A stretch of DNA of 64,000 nt from Dimorphilus gyrociliatus (Eukaryota; Animalia; Annelida), in contig CAJFCJ010000028.1 in assembly GCA_904063045.1 (NCBI GenBank), positions 811,230 through 875,229 on the forward strand, given 5' to 3'. Shown in pieces: positions 41,201 to 55,600 of this stretch (position 1 is its first letter; each line of letters opens with the position of its first letter). The notes below the pieces were generated by a model. It was given only the letters and a program-made list of their open reading frames with translations, had not been told where the DNA came from and ran no database searches. Made by a program: the position numbers and the translations under genes.

Positions 41201-44200
41201 ACTTTAAAGTTAATTATGCTGTGCTCTCTTCTGTTTCGTTTACGATTGTTATGATATTATATTCCATATACTTCTTTATAACTATATCCTTATATATATT
41301 CATTGCATGGCAATAATACAAATTTATATATATATAATCTGTAAATATATGCTCTTCTCTTCGATCTCTTCCACTTTTTACTAAGCACTGCCTGACCGGG
41401 TACTGTCTCATAAATCACCTTTCATAATGGCAATCTGACATGCCGCATCTCTATAGTATATACGGTCGAAAGTCATTTAGAAAGTACAGCTACCTTTTAT
41501 TAAATACAACGTCCTGTATCGAACTTATTTTATTCAATGTAATTTATAGAGCTTTTATGGTTTTTTCTCTCTTTCTCTTCCTTTTTCCCCTTTTTCCTTT
41601 AGGTTGTTCAGTATGAAACCTGTTTTAAATTTTAGACTAAATTTATAACCTCTTTTTTTGATATATTATACGAAATTTTACATCCAGAAATTATACTGTA
41701 GATAGTTTTTAATGCATTCTATACATACAAAACATACTTGAAAACAACACTCGCTAGAAATGTATATAATTTTACCACACTCTACTCAATATCGATGCTG
41801 TTTTACCGTCCTAAATCCTCATTATCTCTCTTTTTCATAGGCCTATTTATATAGCCAATCTTTTCCTTATAGCCTTCTCTATTATGTAGATATAGGCTTC
41901 GTTGGATTCCTATTGCTTAAATATTGTGGAAAAAATGATAAAGAGAAATAATCTTATAACAATCTTTAATAAATTGAATTTATTCGAAATTGATACGATT
42001 CAGTCTAGTGATTCAGCTGTTTTTGCACGGTTGTCTGAATTCTCTATTTATATCCTGTTTAGCCCCTCTATTTTAAATTCAATCTCGCAATTCATTATAT
42101 TTTGATAAGATTTCGAATATACTGTATATGCAGTATCATTTCATTCTTTATAAAAATTAATATAAGGAATTGTCTAACAGGATTTCGATTATTTATTTAA
42201 TCAACTAATTGAAAATAAAGAGGCACTTTTTTTTATAGAAGATATATAAAGTATATAATACTAATATATATTTATATATATAATTGTATAAATCTTATCT
42301 GTTGAACGATGATGTCGCTTTATTTGTCTCTGCGTTGTTTGTATAGTGTATAAAATCAAGTGAATTTTATATAGGGTCTACAGTTTAAACCTTGTTGTAT
42401 CTTTACTGCAAAAAATTAATCATACCTTTTTTTCTGTTAATTACATTTTGTCCTATTTTCTTTTCTTCTACATGTATTTTGCTTTTTACAGATTCTTGAC
42501 CTTTGACCACTAAGCTTATACGACTTCCTCTCGTCAAAGGAAGACGTTGTTTTCTTTTAGAAAAAGTCTACTTCTTTAGAAAATTAGAAGAAAAAAGAAC
42601 TGGATATAGAGTGAATACGAAAGATGCCTTTTGTTTATTAAAGAACAGTAAAAGGCGAATTGAATTAATTAGCAAGCGTTTTATTAAAGGAACTTACAAT
42701 TTTGTAGCGTTTGTCATTGTTCTATTTATAAACAATTAACGAACTTGTAAGTAAATGTGTCATATTGAATATTGTTGAAATTAATATGTATATTTCATAT
42801 TTATCATGCCATCTAGCGGTTAGAAATAGCTCTGGGTAGTAGTGATCCATTAGTATTATAAATGTGTAATGCTATACATATACTATGATATAAACATATA
42901 ATGTATAGATATCAATATACATGCATGGGTGGTCCAGCATTAAGCTCGCGTGTTATATAGTATATGGCTCTTATGAACATATTTTAGCTTGAAGTATGCT
43001 AATTAATGTAAATTATCCATACATAATCATATACTGTATATACATTATGAACGTAAATATTCCTTATTTACACTCCTTCAAGTGGGCTTTGTAAAAGATT
43101 CTATTTCTAATTAAAAATCGAAAGGAGACGTTAAATAGTTATTGAAAAGATGAATCTAAATTTAAAACAAAAGCTACGAAGGGTCTTCACCTGTTCTATT
43201 TAAAGACAAACGATAGAACAGAAAAGAAACAAGCGTGCAGAGAGTGAAAGAGAAGAAATAACTCATATTTTTTCTTTTGTTCTTACCTGAACGAAAGTAA
43301 AAAAAAAACGACAGATGGGGGTACAAGTCAATAATAATAGTATTTCTATGCATTTATCTATATCTTGTTACGAACGGGCTCGCACCTGTTTTACGTGTTA
43401 AGCACGAGTCTAAACGGAGATGGTTGTCGGAGGGGATATGATCCAACTTCAATGGATGTCATGTCAAGACAGCCTGTACCTGCGGCAAACTGGATCTCTA
43501 TCGGTTCACTTTTTAGTTGCTTTATTTCATTATTTACAGTACGGAATATTCGTTTATTTCATGAGTTATTCATTTGTAAGGAGTTTTTTTTGGTCATAAA
43601 TTCTGTTTTGTCAGGACCCGCACGGAATGGTGACTGACGGCCCGCGTGTACTCATAATTTATTAGCTTTTTTTATTATCAGCGTTTTATTCATAAATCAA
43701 AATGAAGTATGGGGTCAACTTTCGAGCTTACTATTTTATACACACCGACGATTGACTGGTACTACAGGGTTTTACTCCTCTTTCATTCCAAACCTCTTTA
43801 GTCTGGTATCTTTACTTAAAAACGAGTCTATTGAGAATATATTATTCAAATTTTGAATATTAATTAAACCATTGAAGCAGCTTGCTTTGGTCTAATAGAT
43901 GAATTGTTAAATAATTTTAGAGGTTTACAATTTATTAAAGCTTTGTAAATCTATACTGAAAAAGGTTAAGTATTAAATGGAAGGAGATAGAAATGGATAG
44001 GATCGAATAGCAGTAATAAAGAAATATCTAAACGAACAAAAATTAACCTATTACTATGCTGTTTATAGTTTTTAAACGACTTAATAACAATTTAAGATTT
44101 ATTATTGTTTTTTTTCCCCGATATTAGCCTCGATTTAACCAAAAAGATCGGCTTTATTAAGTACTTTTATCAAAGAGCTGAAATAAGGTTGGATCGTTTA

Positions 44201-45016
44201 ATAACATATGTTTAAAGACTTCCCCCTGACAAGCTGTTTTATTGTGGTAATTCTTAAAAATTGCAAAGTTCAAAATTACCTGTTTATAATTATTATTATT
44301 AGTATAATTAATCTATTTTAATTAAATGATTAAATAGATAAACTGTATAAATAATTTCAGTTTATTGAAGTAAGGATGATAATTAATTAGCATAAGAAAT
44401 AAGTCCTTTTAACTTTTCAATCCTAGATTCTTATCTTTGACATCTTCGTCATTATGAAAAAAGTAGGGCTTTGTTCCGTTCGCTGAATTGCGTTTCGTAT
44501 CTTATTGATAATCTGCTGATTGTTATTAACAACGTCGTTATAAGATCATTGTTTATTTTCGCCTATGTCTTGGCAAATATACGCCTACAACCCGTAACGA
44601 AATCCTTGAAGTTTGTCTTCCAAAATTAATCAATTATAGATGGTATATCCCTTTGAAGAGAGCGTAAGAACACAATTTATTATTGCGTAATAGCTACTCT
44701 TTAGAGTCCTTTTTTATCATTTGATTTATTTCGTGCATGTATTGACGATCTTAAATAGGGTGGCCGTGGGAGTAGTGTGGCCCAAAAAGATGTGTCTGAT
44801 TTAAATGGAGAGGCATATTACCTTTCAAAGGTTTAATAGACCAGAGAATAACTGTTTTTGATATTTTGGCGGCGAGTCTTTTAGGTTTCCCAAAGGGAAT
44901 TCGTTACGCAACATTTTTCCATTTATACAGATTACTATTTTGGTCTATTGTACTTTTACATTTTAAAATAGCTAGTAAAAAAATATTGATACGGATTCTT
45001 TAGACAGTTTGATTAA

Positions 45017-45131
45017 GTAGATAGATAGATAGACAAATAGGTAGACGAAGAAATACAGTAAAGAATAAAAGAACGAGATAAAGAAAGAGAGCGAGAGAGA
45101 CAGACAGACAGACAGACACATAGACAGGCAG

Positions 45132-45171
<40 letters not shown>
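45017..45171. repeat. Compound (GATA)n/(GACA)n/(GA)n microsatellite
   Basis: TAGA, CAGA and GA runs directly visible. Confidence 0.92.
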
Positions 45172-45172
<1 letters not shown>

Positions 45173-47100
45173 ACGAAATGAGGATGGAAGTTAATCATAA
45201 AAAGAGATTCCTCTCGAAGAAATAACAAACCAAATATTAGGCCTACTTGATGTTAAAACTGCGATAATTTATTGCAATCATCTGTTGTTTTGCACTTCAT
45301 AAATAAAAATACAATTTTCTGTTTTTATAATAATTATTAAAAGCCAACAATGGCAACAACATTAAAATATTCTTTAATTTCTTTAAGATATTCCTAGAAT
45401 CAGAACTTTTAATATAAAATGATATAAATATTAATGTAGTGTTTGCAAATTATTCAACTATATTATAAATAAATTATTATAACCTTTTCTTTATAGAATC
45501 TTTTCCTGTACAATTCATTTTTAATGTCTTGTTTGTAAGTAAAGAATAAGATAACTAGGATAAATTTTTAACTAATGATCACTGGTTTATATGACAAACT
45601 TATTTTTCTAGATTACTAATGAAGATAGAGCGATAATTATTTATTAACAAGTATTATAAATTTAAACTATTAACTAAGCAGAGGGGAGACGTCGCGTTTC
45701 TTTCCTTGGACCACACACTGCGCACGTGTTCATTCTTATCTCTTTCCTTGATAAATGATAGTGAAAGGCGAGTGATGTAGGCGCGTCATAAATCTGCCAA
45801 ATGTACACTTCTAGTTGTACATTTCTTTCCACTGTGCCAACTTTTTCTTCTTTAGTTTTTATTACTTTGATTCTTACCAGAACTTCAACATTACTCTTTC
45901 TCTTTAATTCGAACATTTATCTATATATACAAAAATACGAAAATAATTTTATTTATATTAAACTTATCAAAAAGTAGCACCAGACTACGCGTTAGAAACA
46001 AGTTATTTTCAAACTTTTTGCTTTGACAAATGGGAAAGAGATCGGCGAGGCACGGATTTTAATTCTCTAGTCCATTGATTGTGAAGAAAATAAAGAAGAA
46101 TAATCTACCTGTATTAGGCTTCAAAGAAAGACAGAAAAGAGAACTATACAGGGGGTAAAAAGACATAGAGGGTGGTGAAGGTGAAGAAAGGGGTAATAGG
46201 AGAGAAAGTTTGGATAAAAAAAAGTAGTTTATTAGAAAAAGTACTAAAGGAAAAATGAGAATATACTTTTTAATAGGCTTAGATTGTGTAAACCCAAGTT
46301 ACGTGGACAGTTGTACAAGCTATTCATATTTACGTAAATATCAAATGTTCTATTTAAATTAGGAATTTAACAGTTTATTTTCAATATAAACGTGCTATGA
46401 ATAAAGTAAGAAAGAGAGAAAAAGACTAAAAAATGTCATTAAAATTGTATTAGGATTACTAAATGATTAATTAATTAATTATATTAATAAGAAGATTAAC
46501 ATAATAAGAAATAATAATAAAAAACTGACATTTTTTACTGATTTCCTATTTATTTATTTATATATCTTTACCAATAAGTTAACTAAACGTTTTCAAGCTA
46601 TAAAATATTGTAGAACTATAAAACCTACTCTATATAAAACTGTTCAATTATAAAAGGCAAGAAATGCTAAGGGAGAAAGAAGTACTATAATTAAAAAAAT
46701 ATGTGAACCTAATCAATTTATCTTACTCTTTTTTCAAAACTCCGGACACCTTTCGTTTTAGGGGTTCAACTAGCTATCAAATTCGTTTTGTGACACTTCC
46801 CTTTGTAAATGAGTGAAGGGAAGTAGTTTTTCATTAACCTTTTGAATTTTCAATGGCATTTGAAAAGCCTAACAGAAGAATTTCAATAGATGTCATTCAT
46901 TCATTTTTTTAAGTTAGAATATAATATAAAGTAGGTGTAATTTGTTATTTAAAATAAATTTGTGAATGAAACAAGAGTAAATAGAAGATCATAGTGATTT
47001 TATTAATATATTTATTATAATATAATGGCTGATATACGTACATACAGATGAACAGTATATAGATATAAATCTTTTTACACAGGATCGTTCCAGTTCGTGC

Positions 47101-49053
47101 TTATTTACTGGATAATTCAGCTGCTAGTTTGTAATAATTAGTCAATTTTTCTCCGATTTCACCTTTTCCATCCATTTTTCGTTTACCAGGTCTTACGTGA
47201 CACCTGCTTACGTGATATCTATAGGAACCTTTTGAAACGTAAGCCCTTTTGCAAACGGGGCATGTAAATTCAGAATTTTCCTTTTCAATTGGGGGAGTTT
47301 TTTCAGAGGGCGAGACAACCGTTACAATAGGGTTTACAAGTATGATATTTGGTGTTGACGAAGATGTTGTTTCGGTATTTTTAATTAATCTTTGTAAGGA
47401 GTTAAGGGGATGTTCATTGTCTTTCTGTCGAACTTCTTCATCTTCAATGTATTTCCTTTTCGGACTTGTTGAAGACGATCTCGAGCTAGGTAATGAATTT
47501 TTTGGAGTAGTTGAAAAGCTACGTTCAATAAAGCTCTGCATGGCCTTTAGAGCGCTTGGTGCGTCTTCGTCGGCAGGCTCAACCAAAGGTAAAGGGGAAG
47601 GTTTTCTCTCAATTTCAGTTTCTTGCTGTGGAGATTTTGAATTATCACGTTTGACACATTGCTGAGCGTGTGCTCCAAACTTCGAACACTCGACGTCTTG
47701 ACCACAAACTTCACAATGTAGAGTTCCTTCTTTCTTGCCAGACGATGACTTAACTTCGTGCAAGATATTAGAATAATGTTTAGTGTGCATCATATGGACC
47801 GTCAATTCTGCAAGACTACTAAACGATTCGCAACAGGTGATGCATCGAAGAATTTGTCTTGTTTGTTCAGAGCCTAAAATGATAGAAGAGAAGACAAGAA
47901 TTAATCAGTATTGACTTGAAAATCGTATATAACATGCAATAAAAATCTAACCTAGTGTTAAAAATTGATAAAAAAAAAACAACAAATGCAGCAGTTAAAT
48001 ATAAGTTGTATATTTTAAAATTGTATAATTAATGATAGCCAGCCTCTTTTATTATTTTATACTTATAATATGATAGGAGAATATACATAGGAATAAGAAA
48101 GAAACAAAAGAATGATTAACGAGTTACGGTGGATAAACTAAGGAATATTATCAATATTTATATCTGTCTTAAAGGCGGCGTTTTCCTGTTGCATACACTT
48201 GGTAATATATGATCCAAGACTATTCAAGTGCTCTCTTGTTTAATATAACATATTCTGCTCATAATTTATTGCTGATCAATCATAACAAGCCTTTAATAAG
48301 AATATTATTCTCATTTTTCACTCCTCCTCTTAAATTTTTGTATACTTATTATGTAAATTTATTCAAATCAATTCTAATTTGAGGGAATTTATCTTTTTCG
48401 CAGTCTGCGGCAAAAATTCCCTCTTGAAGAGACTTAGGTCTGATTTGCATAGATTATATTCCGAGTAAATACTTTTAACGCCAATACTTGAATATGTTGA
48501 CCGACCTTGACATTTGTTTTTACATATTAATGATAGAATATCACTGAACAAGAAAAAAAAGAGTAATTTTTTTTACCTTGACTCAACCACATGTCCTGAC
48601 CTCTGACTAGTTTTGGTAAATCTTCCGTGCCTTGGTTATTGCCATATGTCGGTTTATGTTTTGTCTTTTGCATATGGACGGTCAGATCATACAGACAATC
48701 GAAGGTGGCACCACATTGGCAAGTATAACTTGTGAATTTGTTTGCTAGAGCGAAGAACTTTGAAGGGCGAGGAGTAGGTTGGCGTAGAGGCACTGTTGAT
48801 GGTAGACAAGAACCATACAGAGCAGCATGGTAAACTTGACCGCCAAAAGAGTTTAACGTTGAATTTAAAGTTGAGGATTTAATTGGTTTTGGTTTATTAT
48901 TTTCTGCTGTCAGGAAGGCGTTTCCTCCAAATTTTTGTTCTAAGCTCTTTAAAGACGAGACAGACGAGTCATTTGCCTTTTTCTTTGTTGTTAGGTCTAA
49001 AGCCGAATTACTCTTGAGGGACAAGTCTAGAGGCTCGTCAGAAGACTCTTCGA
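47101..49053 (-). CDS. tsh: Teashirt/tiptop zinc-finger transcription factor (last two coding exons; first exon not located)
   Basis: Exons 49053-48577 and 47873-47101 (phase 1/1). PLDLS CtBP motif, LTVHMQKTKH finger, KLVRGQDMWLSQG|SEQTRQILRC...LTVHMMHTKHY signature, C-terminal CPVC..YVSKGSYRYHVSRCH finger and YYKLAAELS tail typical of tsh/tiptop. Confidence 0.93.
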
Positions 49054-52000
49054 CTGTTGAAAATTTTATAAATCAATAAATAATTAGGAATGGAAATTTT
49101 TTAATTCGTATAACCAACATATTTTAATCCGTATTAGTTTATATTATACCTTTTTAAATAAAATGAATAAATTAAACTGATAAATATGCTAAATTTATAG
49201 ATTTTCTTTTTTCATTGAATCTTTAAAGAACACTGATCAACAAATGAATGTTATAGTTTATCTATAAAAATCTTTTCAACGAATTCAAGGTGTTTAATGG
49301 CTTATTTAATTAAGATAAATCGGTTATAAAATATGAATTAATTAGCAGACATTTGAAGTAAATAGAATAGAATAAAGAGATGTTTATTTCCTTTCTTCTT
49401 CTATTTACGTTTCTATCTTTTTTAACTCTTCTTATTATGTTAACAAAAAATCATGAGAAGATGAAAAACAGGATACTTATAAGTAAGAATTTATTTATTC
49501 GTACTGGTTATAGGGAGAATAAACTTTGATGTATCAATAAAAAGGCATCTGGATATATTTAACGGATGCCAAATTACAGAAACTGCTACAGCACACACAA
49601 ATCGAGATATGTTTAGTCAAATGAATATAATGTATTTACTTTAAAAAGTTGAGCCTCTTTTCCTTAACTTAACTATAAATCATGATAGTTTTCTTTTATG
49701 TTCAGTTAGACATTTTCAACTTTTATTTTTTTTTAAAAAAAAAAAGCCACTTTGAATTTGTACAATCAAAGATTTTCACTATTTCTGATGATGAAAGAAT
49801 GTAATTTTAAAATTGAATGAATCATTTTGAATACACTCAACTAAATTTAGTAGAAAAAATGTATTATTGAAAAATATCAATATCCTTTATTTCTTTTTAG
49901 CTGATAGTTTTTAAGGTCTGTTTTTCTTTAAAAATAAAAGTATTGACAAGATAATGAAATTTATGGGTGAAACATGATTCTGAACAATAGATTTTCAATG
50001 ATAAAGTTCTTTACGTAGTCAGAAAACTTTTTGTAAGTATATTTGTGTGTGATAAGAAATCAACCTTAATAAAATAGTTACTAATTGATATAGAAAAGGA
50101 TAATGGCAATGAGAAATACTAATTATCTGATTACTTTTGCAAAAAATAAATGACTAAAGGAGAATAAGGAAGGGAAAGAGAGAAAAGAATTTTTGTAACA
50201 GTACAGTAAAACAATGATTGTAATTGCTTTGTCAACCAGTGGGAAATGAATAAGAAGCATTAGAATGGTACATTCCATTTTCAGAATAAAAACGAAAAGG
50301 AATCATTACTTAGGGATTTATAATTACACTTATATGCTAATCTCTATTAAATTGTTAGTACTATCGTTTACTTTATTTCTTCCTGTCTCTACTTCAAATG
50401 AATACAAAAAAAAAGAAAAAGACTAAACGGGATGCATTCAACAGTAATGACAACTTAAGTAGTTTTTCCGCACCAACTGCAAAGTGGATCAATGTTTCTG
50501 CAAAAAGGACAAACAAGTAGATAGGCCTGCAGCGACTATAAATCACCGAGGAAAAGATAAAAAAATTGGTAAGTAATTTTACTAAACATTTATCGGCTTT
50601 CTGTAAAACTACTCTCTTTCTTTATAAAATGGCGAAGACATACAATGTTAGTGAATCAATAACCACACAGCAATGACAAACAATTAGAAACGTCTCTAAT
50701 GGAAAAAATGACAAAAAGTGGCAATTACTCATCACGTTCAATGAAAATGACAACTTGATTTCACTGAAGGCAAAGAAAATCGATGCGTATGCAACAGTGA
50801 TAGACAATACAATGCGAAACACTTTGTTAAAATGGCGCCGCATTCAAATTTAATGAGAAATCAAATTAGGCCTACAAAAATCCCTGCTGACGAATACGGA
50901 CGATCGATTTGGATGGAAAAATTTCATTGTTCATCAAGAAACGATGATAAAGAATGATGACAGTTAGCGTAACGCAAATGGCTTATAATATTGATTAGTT
51001 TGCCCCAAGGGCCGTCGGTTACAAACAAAATCACAAGTTTATAATGACAAACCTAAAAACACAATTCAATTTAGCCACAAAATATAAAAGACAGAAAAAG
51101 GAAAAATAATGGAGAAGCTGCATGATATCAATTTTAAATCAAATCCAATAGAACAGCGACAAACAATCAATGTCGCATTCAATGACAAACTATGTGCTAT
51201 CATGCGCAGTAAAGATGAATATATGAGCGGTACTCAAACGAAGTGACCCAATTGCATCATTTTCTCCGATAAAAGTAGTTCAAGCGGATAGTTTATTTTT
51301 ATTGTTGGCTTGTATATCTTAAGTGATACTTTCAAAGAACTTCTCAACCATAAAATTACATCTAACTAAATAAGTAGAAAACTTTTAAAAGAAGAAAAAA
51401 ATCATCATCTTCAATATTCTCTTCACCTACAATTCTATCCTCTTTTCCCATTATAAATCCCTTATGATCAATTGGATCATAAAGTCAAAAATATTATCTT
51501 GTACACTGCATAAAAATCACTCTTTCAATCTCCTCCCCCGCTTTCTAAATTGAAAATAAAAGTAAATGCATTTAACCAGTAGAGCTTGTGGTGAAAAGCT
51601 TGAAAAACAAAAACTATAGTCTTTTTATTGATTATTTTTTATTAAAAATCACTAAAATCTATAATTTATAATGGTCTGTAATACAAAAAATTATGATAAT
51701 ATTTCCAGGGACACAGTTCAATAGATGTTATTGACATAATGGATAATTTTTTTATTATATAAACTATAAAATATCATATTTAACTCTCAATGCCCTTCTT
51801 CTGAAGGCAATTTCTTTAATCTTTCAACCGTACGAACTATTATTTAGGATATTCTAATAAAATAAAACCTTATAAACTGTTGATTAATTAGCGTAAAGTT
51901 AAACAGGACAACTCGACAAACATACGTAGAAGAAAACGAATTAGACTAATTGCAAAAAAAAATAAAAGAAATAACTAAACAGTCAGTTGACAAAAGACGA

Positions 52001-52632
52001 AATGTCAAAAGTGAAGGGTAGGATAAAAATTGACCTGGCACATGGCAATTGAAAGGTAAAAGTAAAGATAGTCAGAAATTGAGTGTGCAAACGTTACAAT
52101 TGAATAAAAATTGGTATTGTCTTTTAGATGAAATGGAGATATTAAGTTAAGGTTAAGCTTTTGATAGCAAAAAGTTACTAAAATACACATTATCATTAGA
52201 TTTCGTATCAAAGGAAGAGTAAAAGAAGCGGAGAATTACAAATGACAAACACCCAGTACTATAGACTAAGGAGTATAACAAGAAATGAGTCACGCCCGAC
52301 CGAGCAGATCGCGCATCAACTACTTGTGACAGAGTGACGTGATCTGCTGTGGCAAGCCGTCACAAGGCGTCACTCGCAGGCACGTCCAGTCGCACGCAAC
52401 ACGGCCCTAAGGGCAAGCGACCCTTTTTAGCGACCTGTTTGTCGCGCCTTGGCACAATCGAAGAGATTACAAAACGGGTACAAAAGCTTGTCGGAACCAA
52501 TCTGACAAACATGTGCCGTTGACAGGTACGGCGACGACGTTGCGCACAGTCTATAATTATAGAAGGGCGTTCTTTTTCCCTGCGGGAGCGACAGCTAATA
52601 TAGTCTTTTGCGCCCCGTTCGTGTTGTACATT

Positions 52633-52652
52633 TATATATATATATATATATA
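52633..52652. repeat. (TA)n microsatellite
   Basis: TA run bordering the GC-rich island at 52280-52625. Confidence 0.9.
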
Positions 52653-55600
52653 AAATAATTCTCAACAAGGAGGATGGGACGCTTGATTCCTAAATATTTT
52701 AGGTTTATTGAGGATGTAGCACATATCTTTGAATTGTTAAATGGTTAAATAAGTCATGAGAGATTAAATTAACAATGTGATTTATTAGTAAATGACTGAG
52801 TTCTGAAAAAAAGAAGGTAATGGAATCCTGTCCAATAAGGGTTTCGATCAGTCGTTGACACAAAAATTTCGAAACAGGGTCACAGCGTCTAATCAATAAG
52901 TAATAATATGTAGAGTGTTTTCTTCTTGCTCTTTACATTTTTTACTGATGATGCCCTCATCAACAATTCAGATAATATTAAGGACTGCCTGTAGATGATA
53001 AACACCCTAGGCAAAAATATCACTTTTACATTATGACGTGTCATTCACATACACAAAAGAATGACTGAAGTAGAAATGTCAAATGTCAGCTCATAATAAA
53101 AAATGTTTATTAGTAACAAGGGATTATGTCCCTTTCTATTCTACTTTTACTCTCCTTTTTTTCTCAGTTGATTAATTTACTAAATAATTAAGTTTTCTTA
53201 TACGAAATTGATAAACACGAGGAAGGAAACAGAAAGGACATAAGAAATATACTTAGGAAAGGTTAACAGTTACATATAATCTCTTGATAGCGTAATTATA
53301 GAAATATTTCATATAGAAAATAGCTGATAACGTTAAGTGAATTACGTATCTAAGATATTTTAGATGACACGAAAATTGAATATAAATGGATCCAAAAGCG
53401 ACGCCCATCTTTTGTACCCTATTTCTTCTTATAAGTCCTTAATTATTACCCATTTTGCCATGGTATGCGTAAGCTTGGTATTGATAACATCTTGAAGTAA
53501 AATTAACTGTCATTTATTACCGCTTATTTAATATCAATGAGAGTATTAGAATTATTAGTGTAAAGAAATTCCTCCCATTTTGTATATATCGAATTTTAAC
53601 GGCTAATTTTGACTACGAAATACTTCCGCTTATAATAAAAACTATTAATGACCATAGGAAGCATTAGTGAACACGATAAAATGAAAATATAAACATGATA
53701 CATAAAAAGTTACAATGAAAAAAGTAACGGAATAAAAATGTCAGATGCCAAGTCGAATATAAAATACAATTTGATTATTTGCATAATTTCTCACGGTTAT
53801 TCGCAGTTGTCTTCAAGTGATTACACACCCCGAGGCCATAAAAAATCAACAGGTATAATAAATAAATATAAACGACACTTTAACTTATAACATTTTTCAA
53901 TAATTTCTTATATTTGCCTGCTTTAAGGAGAAATGCCATAATAATTAGTCTTTTTCTATCTTTCGCGGTCTGATCTCATATGTTCTTCTTTCTTCGCAAT
54001 AAAATATATGTTTATAATATACCTTTCCTCTTATCTTTAAGTCTCTCTATCCTTCCTTATTATTGGACAAGAGCGATGGAAAATTAACGATTTTTAGAAT
54101 ATTTCATGACATGTATGGTAAACTATAGTCTGCTATCCTTCATTATTATCTGCTGGAAAAGATGAGAAATTTGCTAATTTACTTTGATCTTACTGTTCTC
54201 TATCTTTAGACTGATAACGTCTGCTCGAGGGTAATAACATCTAAGTGATATCGTAGCCTATGGGTTACAACGTCAACGAAAACTAACTATGTAGATAATG
54301 TCACAATATGCATCGTGTGTGAAAATAAGCAAATTGACGTTCTACCAATAGCCCTTTTCTTCGTTTACTCTTTTTTCGCATTTCAAAGACGAAAATACGT
54401 AAATTGGTTCGATATAAAACTATAAAACATCAACAGTACAGGAACGTTAAAACATATTAAACAGAGCCACTTTAAAATCCCTTATAAAAAAGGAATCTTT
54501 CATTCCCTAAATAAGATGGAAAAGCACTATTGCATTTATCCAATTCCGAAAGTTTTTTACTCTTTTTATTACCATTAGGGAAAATAAGGCATAAGCTAAT
54601 AATTTTTCTTCAAAGGTCTGTAGATGATAACAAAATTCTGTTGGGACAAGAATTTTGTAATTCTACCTTAAAATGCGCAGATGTTTTTACAACTGAATGA
54701 ACAGACATTACGCTTGTAAATATGAATATAAAAAGGAAATATAGCCTCGTTCGAATGTTTAGCTTATAGCATAAATACTGAAACTTTTCCCTTTTAGCTA
54801 GCTGAATCTTTACAAGGAAAATAAGAATTTTTGTGCTCCATTTTGTACTCCGATCATGGTTGACACACTCGATTGAAAGAATTGTCAAAGGGAGTAATTA
54901 GTCAATAATTAAGGGTATGTGTTTGTCAACTCGAAAACAGAATTACACAGAGCTGATATCGTCTATATGTTAGAATGGCGTCACTGATATATTCTATTAT
55001 AATAAGTTAACGTCACCTGCAGACTCGAGACTCAACGTCAACGTCTATAAAGAGGCAACGGAGTCCTGTCAGCTGCAGACAAGCTGACAAACTAAATTAA
55101 AAAGTGGCGCTTGATTATGTAATTTATCGAACTCACTACTTAAAATTCAGCCTATAAAAACAAATTTACAAGAACAAATACATTTTGTTTGTTTATTAAG
55201 TATTGATACTCAGTGATAGTTTTTTCTGATTAATTAATTGATGATTTAATTAAATACTTAGTATAATCGATAGCTAATGAAGTTGCTAAAAATAGATATG
55301 CTATATAAATTTTCTATATTTAAAATGTCACAAATGCACAAGTCATTCTCTAATTAAAATTCAGGTAATTTTTTGCATTTAAATAAATAGACGCTTGTAG
55401 GCTTGAATACTATTATTGTTGAATTAAAATATTCTTGATTATATAACTTAACAAAACCCTTATTCAGTCAATAATAAGGAAAATTTAAATGTAAACAAGT
55501 TTTAGTTAATAGGAATTTTCGTCTTTTCCCAAAGTCCCTTAAGTTCAACAAAGACTTCGGGCCAATAATAATTCAACTACTAATAGGCCTATTTAGTTGA

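Noticed and set aside
44589-44596. AACCCGTA resembling the miR-100 seed
   Set aside because: Rest of the mature sequence does not match and no precursor hairpin is evident.
32921-45228. ORFs 32921-33127, 36947-37135, 38127-38312 and 45013-45228
   Set aside because: Translations of TA or GA microsatellites (YIYI, LSLS runs).
45674-45916. 80-aa ATG ORF downstream of tsh (MFELKRKSNVEVLVRIKV...)
   Set aside because: Protein-like but no recognisable motif or splice support; cannot be told apart from chance without expression data.
52360-52668. Minus ORF containing VPRRDKQ, reminiscent of the MPRRKQ start of TSHZ proteins
   Set aside because: No Met at that position and only weak donors; the long ORF is explained by local GC richness. 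A second candidate (ATG G|gtaata at 53453-53450) is equally unsupported.
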